Source of the DNA: a virus | Lineage: Duplodnaviria; Caudoviricetes | Reading direction: 5' to 3' (one strand) | Virus record (IMG/VR): IMGVR_UViG_3300025600_000040 | Coordinates: 1 to 27,719 of that record | DNA length: 27,719 bases | Shown here: in pieces, positions 15,652-25,416 of the stretch | Layout of the letters: every line of letters starts with the position of its first letter | Numbering within the stretch: position 1 is the stretch's first letter | Program-made: the position numbers and the translations under genes | Notes under the pieces: generated by a model | Told to the model about the DNA's origin: nothing | The model's database searches: none | The model's input: the letters and a program-made list of their open reading frames with translations, nothing else

Positions 15652-17093
15652 TTCAGAAGTCCGGACTTCTGCAGAACTTCGTAGCGACCAGCAAGGTCAG
15701 CGACAAGGAACGCCTGCGCCATCGCTGGTGCGATCGCATCCGTGTTGATGTTTCCAAAAGTGCTGAGGAGCTGGTCGCGGACATCCTCAAGGCTCGTCGC
15801 TTTTTCAACCAGAGTCTTGAGCGGGGCGAATAATTCAGTCCTTGCGGCGGCCTCTGCCAGCTGGATGGAGAGCGCATCGATTCCGGTAGGCTGTGGAGCA
15901 TCACCTGCGGCAAGATTGACGGGTGCTAAAGGTGTTGCGGTTTGTGGAGTACTCATCACCATGTGCGTCGGTGAAAATCCGTAGGTATCGATAAAGTACT
16001 GTGGCGTGAAGCGGGCTCCGCTTTGTGTGAGTTTCAGGTCACGTTCGGTGAGGTTTACTTTCAAATCCTGTGGCGCGACAAGGCTCCACCAAGTACGGTC
16101 ACTGGTGCCGAAGTTCAAATCCCACATCCAACCAACCAGCGTATTCATAACCCCTTGAATGAGCGTTGAATCATCCTTGGCAATGTCCTGGCTTACCTTG
16201 TAATGGGTCTCGGTGGCAGCAAGGCTTCCAGAGCTTCCAATGTCTGCGGAAAGCGTCTGTCCTAGGATTGCAATGCTTATCTGCTTGTCAGCCCAGCGGG
16301 TCAGCCCTTCGTAAATATCAGCACTCGAACCTTTGCCTGCCGCTTCCTTCAGTTCCACGGATCCGTCGTTGGGGATCACGCCGCACGCATCCTGAATCAA
16401 TCCATGCAGGGATTCCAGAAACTCTTCACGGTCGGCGGGTGGTGTGTTGCGAGGGTATTTTCCGATTGCGAACACGCCCGCATACTTTTCGACGAAGCGC
16501 ATCCAGAACTTGACCCCTCCACGTTTGAACGTGACAGGCCAGAAGCATTTGCTGAGGTAGCCTTCTCCGTAGGGGTTATCAAAGGTTGGGTCGTTCTGCA
16601 CTACCAGAAAACGGTAGTCAGGTACCGGGACACCCTGCGGGTTCGCTTGCGTGATCATGAGCAGCTGGCCGTCCGATGCACGGAACGCAAAATTATCCTG
16701 CGGCTTGCCGACGATCTTGCTTGGCCAGATTCGGCTACCGTTTGTTTCCCAACAGACTTCCAGAACGGCATAACCCAGGGCGGTGGCCTTCATTGCCTCC
16801 GTGATCATTCCACGGATGTCAATTTTCCATAGTACGTCTTCAATTTCCTTGCGTGGACCATCGGCGGCTTCGGAAAGAGCCCATGGGCAGTTGCGCACGG
16901 CACCGATACGTTTTTGGGATTCCCCGTACAGGTGGGCGTCGGTGCGCAGGTTCCTGTAAATTTCGGATATTTTCCCCATGCGGCGAAGAACCGAATCGGG
17001 ATTAGGAAGATTTCCAATGGCATTGAAACTGATGGCTGCACGGGTGAGTATTTCGTCTCCGGTGAGCTGTGTCGTGTCTTTTTTCTTCTTCAT
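15648..17093 (-). CDS. Portal protein (Mu gp29, DUF935)
   Basis: GYAVLEVCW, NPYGEG, W.RF.EKY, GKYP, ISIAILGQTL motifs; GAGG before ATG 17093. Confidence 0.93.
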   Translation of the reverse strand: MKKKKDTTQLTGDEILTRAAISFNAIGNLPNPDSVLRRMGKISEIYRNLRTDAHLYGESQKRIGAVRNCPWALSEAADGPRKEIEDVLWKIDIRGMITEAMKATALGYAVLEVCWETNGSRIWPSKIVGKPQDNFAFRASDGQLLMITQANPQGVPVPDYRFLVVQNDPTFDNPYGEGYLSKCFWPVTFKRGGVKFWMRFVEKYAGVFAIGKYPRNTPPADREEFLESLHGLIQDACGVIPNDGSVELKEAAGKGSSADIYEGLTRWADKQISIAILGQTLSADIGSSGSLAATETHYKVSQDIAKDDSTLIQGVMNTLVGWMWDLNFGTSDRTWWSLVAPQDLKVNLTERDLKLTQSGARFTPQYFIDTYGFSPTHMVMSTPQTATPLAPVNLAAGDAPQPTGIDALSIQLAEAAARTELFAPLKTLVEKATSLEDVRDQLLSTFGNINTDAIAPAMAQAFLVADLAGRYEVLQKSGLLK

Positions 17094-17124
17094 GGTGGCC
17101 TCGGGGGCTACGATGCCCACAGTA

Positions 17125-17225
17125 TCATTCAAATTGATTCAAAAACGATTTGTTGGGTCTGGGTGGTACATTGATCGGGATGATTGTATTCGGTGTTCTA
17201 CGGGGCTCGTAGCGGGTTGTTTCCG
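17125..17225. other. Candidate strong gyrase site (SGS)-like intergenic element
   Basis: One of only two sizeable gaps in the packaging operon; TTCAA repeated at 11-bp spacing; position plausibly near genome centre. Inference only. Confidence 0.3.
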
Positions 17226-18722
17226 TCATTGCCGATTGCGGCCGTTTCCGGAAGGATTCATGTAATTGTCCATGGCGTCGTTTTTGAGAAGGGCCCGCAT
17301 GTTCTTGCGCATGGAGCGGGTCGTGATGGGCGGGATTCCTGCAGGCGTAGTGCGTGCGGCATTGATGGCGAGGGCGAGCGCCCAGAAATGGTCGGCATGG
17401 CCTATGTTGACTTCGTTGTCGGTGTCTTTCTTGTCTTTCTTGTCGTTCTCTTCGGCGTCCACGTCAAAACGGATGTTGCCAGATCCGGTCACCATCTTCT
17501 TGATGCTGTTGAGGCTTCGGCGCAGCACATCATCTTCGGGAATGAAAATCGAGACGGTGTCGAATTCCTTGTAGAGGTTGTTGGCCATGACGGCTTTGAT
17601 GGAATTATTGAACGTAATCGCTTCGACCTTGTAGGTTCCGAAATAGTTCTGAGCATCTTCTGCCAGGTTCATGCCTAGGCCTGTGGCATCGATGCATGCC
17701 CGGACTAGCGTTGGTAGTTTGAGGTATGCAGCAAGAATCGTATACTGGTCCTCAAATTTCATTTTCTCCATGACGCGGATTTCGCGCAACACAAGCTGGC
17801 TAGCCATCTCCTGCAGCACAATGATTACGGAGAGATGTTTCTTGCGGGCAATATCGTATCCGAGGTATAGAGGCCCAGGGATAGATGACGGATCGGCAAG
17901 GATTCCTTTGCGCTCAGTACGAAGGATCATGGGGAGCGGAACAAACGGATCCTTGCTGTCCTGTGGCTGACAAAAGAATTCTTCGAGCGCATCTTCGGGG
18001 GTTTCGCAGGAATCGATCAGTTCTTGGATCCATGCGTCCTGCTCTTCCTTCGTCGTTGGACAGCCTTTGATCCTGTCGTATAGTCCTTGATCGACAGCCT
18101 GGCGAATGGTCACTTCGTGAAGCGATGCCTTGAACTTGCTTTTTCCGCTGCGGATTTTTTCGACGAAGGTATTGAAGAGCGTGTACTTGCCATTGTGGGT
18201 CGAGATCACGATCAGCTTGTAGCCCCAGACAAGAGCAGCTGGAAGCGCGGCTTTCCACATGGCGCGTGCTTGGGGATGATGTGCGAATTCGTCAAGGATG
18301 ATGTCGCCACCCTTGCCACGGAACCGTTTGGGGTTCGAGCTGAGAACGGTGATGCGGCTACCGTTTGCAAAGCGGATGGTTAGGTTGAGGATCCCTTTCT
18401 GCTCGTCGGCAAATTCGATTTCATCGCCACCCTCTTCCATCGAGATTTCAGTGGCGCTCGCATTGAAGAACGTAACCCAGTATTTGCATTCATCAATGAA
18501 GTCCTCGCCACCCTCTTCATCGGCACCGGAGTACCAGACGCGGTGGTTCTTTTTTTCGATGCACCGGTCAACGGATTTGAACGCGCTGGAGAATGTCTTT
18601 CCAATACGGCGCGAGGCGCTGAAGAACAGAATCTGTGCAGGGTCGTTTATAAAATCGCGCTGGTAGGGCAGCAGGAAATCGGCAAGGTCCGCAGCCTGTC
18701 TTTTGGGATTGATCGCAACCAT
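17226..18722 (-). CDS. Terminase large subunit (Mu gp28-like)
   Basis: LLPYQ, SRRIGKT, IILDEFA, ISTHNG, nuclease GYDIAR, IDATGLG, HADHFWALALA. Confidence 0.95.
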   Translation of the reverse strand: MVAINPKRQAADLADFLLPYQRDFINDPAQILFFSASRRIGKTFSSAFKSVDRCIEKKNHRVWYSGADEEGGEDFIDECKYWVTFFNASATEISMEEGGDEIEFADEQKGILNLTIRFANGSRITVLSSNPKRFRGKGGDIILDEFAHHPQARAMWKAALPAALVWGYKLIVISTHNGKYTLFNTFVEKIRSGKSKFKASLHEVTIRQAVDQGLYDRIKGCPTTKEEQDAWIQELIDSCETPEDALEEFFCQPQDSKDPFVPLPMILRTERKGILADPSSIPGPLYLGYDIARKKHLSVIIVLQEMASQLVLREIRVMEKMKFEDQYTILAAYLKLPTLVRACIDATGLGMNLAEDAQNYFGTYKVEAITFNNSIKAVMANNLYKEFDTVSIFIPEDDVLRRSLNSIKKMVTGSGNIRFDVDAEENDKKDKKDTDNEVNIGHADHFWALALAINAARTTPAGIPPITTRSMRKNMRALLKNDAMDNYMNPSGNGRNRQ

Positions 18723-19126
18723 TAGACGAGACCCATGCGTTGCTTGATGCGCGTATGCATATCACCATCGGCTTTCTTCTTGGGCTTTTCTAATTCTTTG
18801 CTCTTCTCGTAATCATCGCTGCGCTGTATGGCGACGACCAGCTGGCGCATGGCATTGATCTGGTGTGCGTCGATAATGCCCCTCTCAATATTTTCCTTCA
18901 GGAACTTGGATGCCGTATGTGCAAGCGAATAAAGGTTCTCGTTCAGTTTCGTTTTATCAAATCCGGTAAGGTCCCTAGCTTCATCCCATTTCTCGGCCTT
19001 GCGCCAATCGAGAAGCGTGCGTTCACTGATCCCCGCCTTGATCGCGGTAGCCTTGCAGGAAAGCCCGGAGACGACGTAGAGTTCCCGTGCCACAAGCTTC
19101 TTGGTGTCATCGGCTTGGCGGCTCAT
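18722..19126 (-). CDS. HTH protein, putative terminase small subunit (DUF1804-like)
   Basis: ARELYV..G.S....A.KAGISERTL.DW....KWD; directly upstream of the large terminase. Confidence 0.8.
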   Translation of the reverse strand: MSRQADDTKKLVARELYVVSGLSCKATAIKAGISERTLLDWRKAEKWDEARDLTGFDKTKLNENLYSLAHTASKFLKENIERGIIDAHQINAMRQLVVAIQRSDDYEKSKELEKPKKKADGDMHTRIKQRMGLV

Positions 19127-19383
19127 TCGTCATCCCTTAACTTACGGGACTGGCAACAGGCGCTAACGAGTTTGATCTGCGCCATGGAGCGAGCTTCGGA
19201 TAGTTCTAACGTTTTTTCCCACTTTTGCATTACATCATTTTGGCTCTTGGCCATTTGTACGATTAGCGATGCCTGGGTGGCTGCAGCGCGTTTTTCTGAG
19301 TTGATGTACAGGAACACCAGCATGATGGATGTAATGACTGTGATGCCATAACGTTCGACGTATTTGAGTACGATTTGATTCAT
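19123..19383 (-). CDS. TM plus coiled-coil protein (position of Mu gp25; holin-like role possible)
   Basis: Single hydrophobic segment then helical region; ATGA overlap with next gene; start may be 19389. Confidence 0.65.
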   Translation of the reverse strand: MNQIVLKYVERYGITVITSIMLVFLYINSEKRAAATQASLIVQMAKSQNDVMQKWEKTLELSEARSMAQIKLVSACCQSRKLRDDE

Positions 19384-19403
19384 GCACATAACATGCAATC
19401 TTA

Positions 19404-19484
19404 TGCCGTCCATTCCGACCCGCATATATCCACACAATATTCCGCGCCTTATTCTATATGTATTTCAGGGAATAATGGACGGCA
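19404..19484. promoter_or_regulatory. Divergent late control region with 11-bp inverted repeat
   Basis: TGCCGTCCATT (19404-19414) and AATGGACGGCA (19474-19484). Confidence 0.55.
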
Positions 19485-19540
19485 ATTTGTACGGAATTTG
19501 TGCCAGTGCCCAGAAGGGTTGTTCCGGGTAAGTTTGTTGC

Positions 19541-20821
19541 ATGAATAAAATCAAATCAAATCCGTTTATCTGGTTCCAGTTTGCTGTTATGCTGCTGGCT
19601 GTATTCATCTCTTTTGCTTCGGGGCATACCGATGCCTGCGTAATCGCTGGAGGTGTTGTCGCTTCGGCTCCTCCCTTGTCTATGCAGCCCACGAACCCAT
19701 GGTTTGATGCTCTCAAGCCTGGAACGTTTCTTGACCTGCACAGTAAAAACATCAAGATCGAGCTTGGTGACATGCAGAAGCTTGCTGACAATATCAATGA
19801 GCAGGTGAAAACATGGAAACCGCCTATTGTGACTGGACACCCCGAGGTGGCTTCGCCTCGATATGGATCTATCAAAGGGGCTCGCATTGAAAACGGGATC
19901 TTACAGCTTTGCGCCGCTGATCTTTCGCCAACCTTTGTCGATAGCATCCGACGTGGTGAATATACTGATCGTTCTCTCTCTTTCTTTTATCCAGATATGA
20001 CCATGCGGCATATTGGATTCCTTGGTGCGCATAAACCTGCAGTAACAGGCCTTGGCCCTGTGTCGTTCGGAGAAGGTGAGTTTGCTGAAGTTGACGCTGG
20101 CAAAGATTCGTCGGCTATCGTATTCGCCGAAGGCCCTGCAGATATTTCGAGTCTTGCCATGGCACAGGATAATTTAGCGTCCCGGTTGCGCTGGAAATTT
20201 GAAAACGTCCGCGACCTCTTTCGCAAGGTACGGGACCATATGATCGACAAGGAAGGGTTGGACAAAGCCAATGCGATGCTTCCGCAGAATATGATTGACG
20301 ATGTGGATCTAGGCAATGTGCCTTCGGTATCCTTTTCTTCTCCTGCTCCCCAGTCCGCTGCTCCGGCTGCGGTGACGGCTCCGGTTGACCCCGCCCGCAC
20401 CGAGCTGGAGCAGCAACTGGAAGCGGCGCAAGAAGGTCGCCGAGTCGCTGAAGAGGCGTTATTGAAACAAAAGACTGACCAGCGCCATGCTGAATTTGCT
20501 GAACTATGCTCATCTCATGTAAAGGCTGGCCGCTTGACACCCGCGATGCGAGTGCCTCTTGAAGCTCTGTTTAAGGCTGCGGACTCCGTAAATGGTGCTA
20601 TTTCATTCGGCGAAGGCGAGCCTAAGGACACGCTTAAAGTCATGGAGTCTCTACTGCAGTCCATGCCGAAGGTGATTAATCTGGGTGCAGATGATCCACC
20701 ACAGCCAATCCCTGCCAGCAATGCGAGAGTTGTCTCGCAAAAGATTACCGCACGCGCTGATTCTGAAAACATCAGCACGAGCGCCGCTTACACGCAACTC
20801 AAGCAAGAAGGGGCTATCTAA
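19541..20821 (+). CDS. Prohead protease/scaffold (Mu gpI-like)
   Basis: PIVTGHP, Y..RS.SF, RHIGFLGA..PAV.GL motifs; helical C-terminal scaffold with GRLTPA. Confidence 0.88.
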   Translation: MNKIKSNPFIWFQFAVMLLAVFISFASGHTDACVIAGGVVASAPPLSMQPTNPWFDALKPGTFLDLHSKNIKIELGDMQKLADNINEQVKTWKPPIVTGHPEVASPRYGSIKGARIENGILQLCAADLSPTFVDSIRRGEYTDRSLSFFYPDMTMRHIGFLGAHKPAVTGLGPVSFGEGEFAEVDAGKDSSAIVFAEGPADISSLAMAQDNLASRLRWKFENVRDLFRKVRDHMIDKEGLDKANAMLPQNMIDDVDLGNVPSVSFSSPAPQSAAPAAVTAPVDPARTELEQQLEAAQEGRRVAEEALLKQKTDQRHAEFAELCSSHVKAGRLTPAMRVPLEALFKAADSVNGAISFGEGEPKDTLKVMESLLQSMPKVINLGADDPPQPIPASNARVVSQKITARADSENISTSAAYTQLKQEGAI

Positions 20822-21207
20822 TGAATCCTGGACTTATCAAAGGTTATATGGCACAGGGTGCCATTCCTCCGAAGCGCATTGTGGCCTTCGGTGCCGCAGA
20901 TGAAACCGTTAAGGTTGCTGGTTCCGCGAGCGACAAGATCCTCGGCGTAAGCGACCGCATGCCCACGCGCTCCGATACTATTTGCGATGTCATTCTTGAT
21001 GATATTGGCGAAGTCGAGCTTGGCGGCCCTGTTACCCGTGGCGATCGCCTGACCTTCAAGATTCCTGCCGATGGCGAGTTAGCAACTGGTCTTGCCATCA
21101 AAGGCACTTCCTCCACCGACACTGTCGGTACTGCATTGCATAGCGGAGTGTCGGGTGACATTATCCCTTTTCTAATCGAACGTATCCCAGCCGTTACCCC
21201 GGCCTAA
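20821..21207 (+). CDS. Capsid decoration/cement protein (DUF2190-like)
   Basis: ILGVS, VELGG.VTRGD.LT, VG.AL..G..GDII; lies between scaffold and capsid genes. Confidence 0.8.
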   Translation: MNPGLIKGYMAQGAIPPKRIVAFGAADETVKVAGSASDKILGVSDRMPTRSDTICDVILDDIGEVELGGPVTRGDRLTFKIPADGELATGLAIKGTSSTDTVGTALHSGVSGDIIPFLIERIPAVTPA

Positions 21208-21219
21208 TAGGAGCTCACT

Positions 21220-22164
21220 ATGGAATGGAAAGATCTTCCCTTTATTTTTACGACCACTCCCGCTATGGCTGGCTACGCAATGGCGTACAAGCTCCCTGGC
21301 TTGGTTGCCGATGAAATCATGCCTCGCATCGACAATGTTGATGGCCGTGATTCCTTCAAGCTACTCCTCCGCAATCCAGGCGATGCGTTTCAGATCATTA
21401 ATGACCGTGTAGGTCGTCGTTCTATTCCGAGCGAAGTTGAGTTTACTGGCAAGGAAACCACAGACAGCTGCGACATTCATTCGCTGACCGGCTTTGTTTC
21501 GAAGACCGACATTATCAATAGCGACCAGTCCAAGTACGAAAGCTTGGTCAACCGCGAGTCGAATTCGGTACTTGAGCTGATTAACCTCCAGCGTGAGATT
21601 CGTGTCATCGAGATGGTGCAAAATCCTGACAATTATGCAAACGTCCGTATTTTGGAGCTTGGCGAGAAATTAACCGACCCAGACGCAAAGCCCATCGAAA
21701 TGATCAGCGAACTCATGCTTGAGTGCCTGATGACTCCGAACCAGCTACGCTTTGGATCCAAGATCTGGAACATGCTGCGCCGTCATCCCAACACGATCAA
21801 GGAAGTCTACGGTGTAGCAAGCACCAAGGGTGCCGCTAGCCGAGAGGATCTTGCAAGTCATCTGGAAATCGAGAAGATCATCGTTGGTATGACCCGCGCC
21901 AATGCGGCCAAGAAGGGCCAGAAAGCCAACATCATCTCCGCATGGGGTGATACCATTTCCGGTGCTTACGTGAATGCGCAGGCCACTAAGACCGAAGGAA
22001 CCGTTACCTGGGGATTCACTGCCCAGAATGGTCCACGCCTAGTTTCGCTGATTCTCGCCGAAAAGACGGGTGGCCGTGGTGGTATGGATGTCATGGTCAC
22101 TGAAGCGCTCAAGGAAGTCGTGGCCGCCAAGGATTGCGGATTCTTGATGACCGGGGTCATCTGA
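21220..22164 (+). CDS. Major capsid protein
   Basis: 314 aa; A.AY...LVADEIMP, PN, L.RHP, TWGFTAQ, terminal G.L..GVI; AGGAG Shine-Dalgarno; expected position. Confidence 0.88.
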   Translation: MEWKDLPFIFTTTPAMAGYAMAYKLPGLVADEIMPRIDNVDGRDSFKLLLRNPGDAFQIINDRVGRRSIPSEVEFTGKETTDSCDIHSLTGFVSKTDIINSDQSKYESLVNRESNSVLELINLQREIRVIEMVQNPDNYANVRILELGEKLTDPDAKPIEMISELMLECLMTPNQLRFGSKIWNMLRRHPNTIKEVYGVASTKGAASREDLASHLEIEKIIVGMTRANAAKKGQKANIISAWGDTISGAYVNAQATKTEGTVTWGFTAQNGPRLVSLILAEKTGGRGGMDVMVTEALKEVVAAKDCGFLMTGVI

Positions 22165-22604
22165 TGGACTATTGCACCGTACAGGACGTACTCAACCAGG
22201 TACCGCGCGAGCGGGCGGTTGAGCTCACAAATGACTCAGAGAGTCGCCTTGATGGTGCAAGTGTTGTCGATGAGCGTATCGCAGAATGCATTCGGGCCGC
22301 GCAGTCCATCGTAGATGGGGTGTTGCGTTCCGTTGTGCCTCTTCCGCTTCCCAAGGTTGACGAGGTTCTGCGTACCGTAACCCGAGATCTGGCAATCTTC
22401 GAGCTGTACAAACGGCGCGTAGTCCTTGACATGCCGGAAGGCCTGTCGGAGCTGCGGAAGAATGCCATGTCGCTATTGACTCGGATTGCGAATGGCGAAA
22501 TTCGCCTGGACCTGCCCACTGGCGTTGAACCTGCATTCAAGCCCCGGATAATTGCGCCTCAACGTGTATTCACGGACGAGCTGCTTGCGGGGTATGGCAC
22601 ATGA
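22164..22604 (+). CDS. Head-tail adaptor (Mu gp36, DUF1320)
   Basis: YCT..D, A...VDG.L, LPL, DLA...LY.RR, L..IA.G...L; TGATG overlap. Confidence 0.9.
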   Translation: MDYCTVQDVLNQVPRERAVELTNDSESRLDGASVVDERIAECIRAAQSIVDGVLRSVVPLPLPKVDEVLRTVTRDLAIFELYKRRVVLDMPEGLSELRKNAMSLLTRIANGEIRLDLPTGVEPAFKPRIIAPQRVFTDELLAGYGT

Positions 22605-23122
22605 CTGCTCAAGTAATTTATGCAGCCATGCTCGCAGCAATCGCGGAGCATATGCCGCAGTTGCGCAAAGGAAGCATTGACGATGTACCTGATGCTATCG
22701 TGAAGCCTTCTGTTACGATCCATATTCTTGAGGGCAAGCCCGAATGGAATGGGAACGGAACGGTCGCGCAGGTGAAGTGCAGTCCTCAGCTATCCATTGT
22801 TGTGATGAACATGAAGAGCGCCGAGGATCGGAAATGTGAGGCGCTTGCCATTGAAAATGTGCTGATGGGCATTCTTCACGGCTTGGAGCCTGATGGTTGC
22901 GATGAACTGGATTATGCAGGCTGGAAGGATACGACAAGCCAGTCGCATCTTGAGAGCCGTCTGACCGTTATTCAAGTCACCTTCAATACGGCATACGAGA
23001 TCAATACCAACGAAGTGAATCCAAGAATGCTTGACGCGATCTGGACCAGCTATACCGAACCTGAAACAGGAAAGACCCTGCTCGGTTCCACAGAGAATTT
23101 TGAACACGGAGAAACCCCATGA
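22601..23122 (+). CDS. Neck/tail-completion protein (Mu gp37-like)
   Basis: Position between gp36 and sheath, size, ATGA overlaps. Confidence 0.65.
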   Translation: MTAQVIYAAMLAAIAEHMPQLRKGSIDDVPDAIVKPSVTIHILEGKPEWNGNGTVAQVKCSPQLSIVVMNMKSAEDRKCEALAIENVLMGILHGLEPDGCDELDYAGWKDTTSQSHLESRLTVIQVTFNTAYEINTNEVNPRMLDAIWTSYTEPETGKTLLGSTENFEHGETP

Positions 23123-24522
23123 AGCTTTCGACCAATATTCCCGAGACGATGATTCCGGGATCTTACTCGGAATTCAACTACTACGCAGGCCCCAACGGTC
23201 TACCCGTCAATGTCCAGAAGGTGTTGCTGGTGGGTGCGGGTACTGGGGTTCTTCCTGTCAACTCGCCAATGGAAGTTTATTCCGAAGCGGATGCAACAAC
23301 CCTCACCGGTGCCGGATCCGTTCTGCATTCCATGTACCTTGCCGCCAAGGAGGCATGGAAGTATGCCCAGATCACTTTGGTGCGCCATGCTGAGCCTGTG
23401 GGCTCTGCGGCTCATTATACTGTAACCCTGTCAGGTTCTGCGACTAAGAGCGGTGTTGCTCGCCTTCGCATTGGATCGACGTTTGTTTCTGCTGCCGTCG
23501 CAATTGGTGCGACTCCCACGGAAGTTGCCGCTGCTCTTGTGCTTGCGGTGAATGCCAAGACCTTTTTGCCTGTTACCGCGACCTCGTCCGGTGCTGTTTT
23601 GACTCTCACCGCAAAGAATATCGGTGCATATATTTCTGATGCCGGTGGCGTGAGCATTGATGGCGTGATGGTAAATACCGACATGACGCTTGATGTGGAG
23701 CTTGCCACTGCTGGTGTCGGTACCGTTGATCTCGAAGATGTGCTGAAGGCGGCATTCCCTGCGCGTTACCACTTGATTGGTGTCTCCGTGAGCGACTCCG
23801 CAAATTTGATTCTGTTGCGGACTCATTTGGAGAATGCAGCAAGCCCGCTGGAACAACGTGGTCAACGTGGAATTGCAGTAAAACAGGGGACTCTTTCCGC
23901 TGTAAAGGCATTGGTAACTTCCCTCAACCATGAACGCCTGAATGTTGGGGCAGTCAAGGAGCTGAGTAATCCAGTATGGGAGATTTCAGCAGGCATGTGC
24001 GCGGTCTTTGCTTCGAATAGCAAGCCCAACAAACCCATGAATGGCCTTCCTATCGTCGGTCTCGATATTCCCGCTGTCGCCGCCCGCTGGAGTGGCGAGG
24101 AAGAGGATGCTCTTCTCATGGCAGGCGTGATCCCATTGGCGGAAACCGACGGTGAACTTTGCCTAGTTCGTGCCGTGACTACGAAGACGAATGTTGACGG
24201 AGTCCGGTTTGAAAAGCTGGTGGATACCGGCGTGATCGCCTCGATGGATTACACCCGAGACTCGCTCAAGGCCATGCAGACAGTCAAGTATAAGAATGCT
24301 GTCATACACGAGTTCCTTGCCGATGCGATCAACGAAGACAACTTTGCCGTTTGCAAAGAACTGGAAAAGGACAACATCCACCGCTATGTGGACGACCACA
24401 AGGACCAGTTCATTACCCAAGAGTCGCCTGATGTCCCCGGCCGTGTTCTGTGCCGTGTGCCCGCAGGTATCGTGCCTGGGCTCAATCAGATTTATAACAC
24501 CATCGACCTCTACCTGAACTAA
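23119..24522 (+). CDS. Contractile tail sheath protein (Mu gpL-like)
   Basis: PG.Y.EFN, G.GS.L..M, LPVTA, LTAKN.G, LL.AGV.PL, RAVTT motifs. Confidence 0.93.
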   Translation: MKLSTNIPETMIPGSYSEFNYYAGPNGLPVNVQKVLLVGAGTGVLPVNSPMEVYSEADATTLTGAGSVLHSMYLAAKEAWKYAQITLVRHAEPVGSAAHYTVTLSGSATKSGVARLRIGSTFVSAAVAIGATPTEVAAALVLAVNAKTFLPVTATSSGAVLTLTAKNIGAYISDAGGVSIDGVMVNTDMTLDVELATAGVGTVDLEDVLKAAFPARYHLIGVSVSDSANLILLRTHLENAASPLEQRGQRGIAVKQGTLSAVKALVTSLNHERLNVGAVKELSNPVWEISAGMCAVFASNSKPNKPMNGLPIVGLDIPAVAARWSGEEEDALLMAGVIPLAETDGELCLVRAVTTKTNVDGVRFEKLVDTGVIASMDYTRDSLKAMQTVKYKNAVIHEFLADAINEDNFAVCKELEKDNIHRYVDDHKDQFITQESPDVPGRVLCRVPAGIVPGLNQIYNTIDLYLN

Positions 24523-24532
24523 GGATTGAACA

Positions 24533-24886
24533 ATGAGCAAAATTTCAAAAGTCACAGTCCTTGTTGACGGCGAGAAAATTGTTGATTTCAACAAGGCCAA
24601 AGAGAACGCCCGCAAGTTGCATGATCGCGTGCCCCTTATGGATGGAGATGACGTTGTCGAAGTGAACCCTGAATTAGGGTGTTCACTCACTTACCTTCCC
24701 TCGAGTGGTGCAGACCGCAACTGGGATGGAGTGAAGAACGCCACGATCATATTTCAGTACAAAGGTGGCTCCAAGGCTACCTACACCGGCTGCTATGTCG
24801 AGGAAGTCGCCGAGCGGGAAACGGATGGCAAGAAGGCCAATGAATTTGAAATCAAGTTCATTGCAAAAGCTCGGAAGGTTAGCTGA
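24533..24886 (+). CDS. Tail tube protein
   Basis: 117 aa, beta-rich, immediately after the sheath gene. Confidence 0.8.
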   Translation: MSKISKVTVLVDGEKIVDFNKAKENARKLHDRVPLMDGDDVVEVNPELGCSLTYLPSSGADRNWDGVKNATIIFQYKGGSKATYTGCYVEEVAERETDGKKANEFEIKFIAKARKVS

Positions 24887-25416
24887 TGGGAGTCCGGGAG
24901 GATATTCTCAGTAGCGAAGACGACTCCTCGGCTCTTGCGATACTACGTGCGGGAATCGAAAACCGCCGTGAGTTTGCATGGCCAGGCAAGTCTGCTACAC
25001 GAGCTGCTGTTCGTTTGCTTTCTGCGAAAGAAGTCACCGCGGCTAAATTCGCGAATCAGCGCGAGTATAAGGCGATGGGCATCGATATCGCGGTGCATAA
25101 TATCGCCGATTACAAGGAACAAGAAGCCGATCATGTTCTGTGGCGTGCCATCATTGATCTTGATGGCAAAAAGGTATTCAGTTCGGTGGATGACTTTCGA
25201 GGTGGCTGTTCCCGTGAGGTGATCGCAGCACTTTCTGAAGAGTACAATGCGCTCTCAGAAGAGTGTGACCCATCTATCGATGCAATGAGCGATGCTGAGT
25301 ATCGGTCGTTGCTCGAACTCGTAAAAAAAAAGCCGGAGCTGATTCATACGAAAGTTTCAAATTTGCGCACGGCTTGGCAGCTGCTGCGTACTTTGGCCGA
25401 CCAGCAAGTGAGCTGA
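24886..25416 (+). CDS. Tail assembly chaperone (G form)
   Basis: Between tube and tape measure genes; slippery A-run at 25323-25331. Confidence 0.82.
   Translation: MGVREDILSSEDDSSALAILRAGIENRREFAWPGKSATRAAVRLLSAKEVTAAKFANQREYKAMGIDIAVHNIADYKEQEADHVLWRAIIDLDGKKVFSSVDDFRGGCSREVIAALSEEYNALSEECDPSIDAMSDAEYRSLLELVKKKPELIHTKVSNLRTAWQLLRTLADQQVS

Noticed and set aside
13766-19484. Actively invertible segment explaining the reversed packaging operon
   Set aside because: No flanking inverted repeats seen at the two boundaries and no invertase in the window; the arrangement appears fixed.
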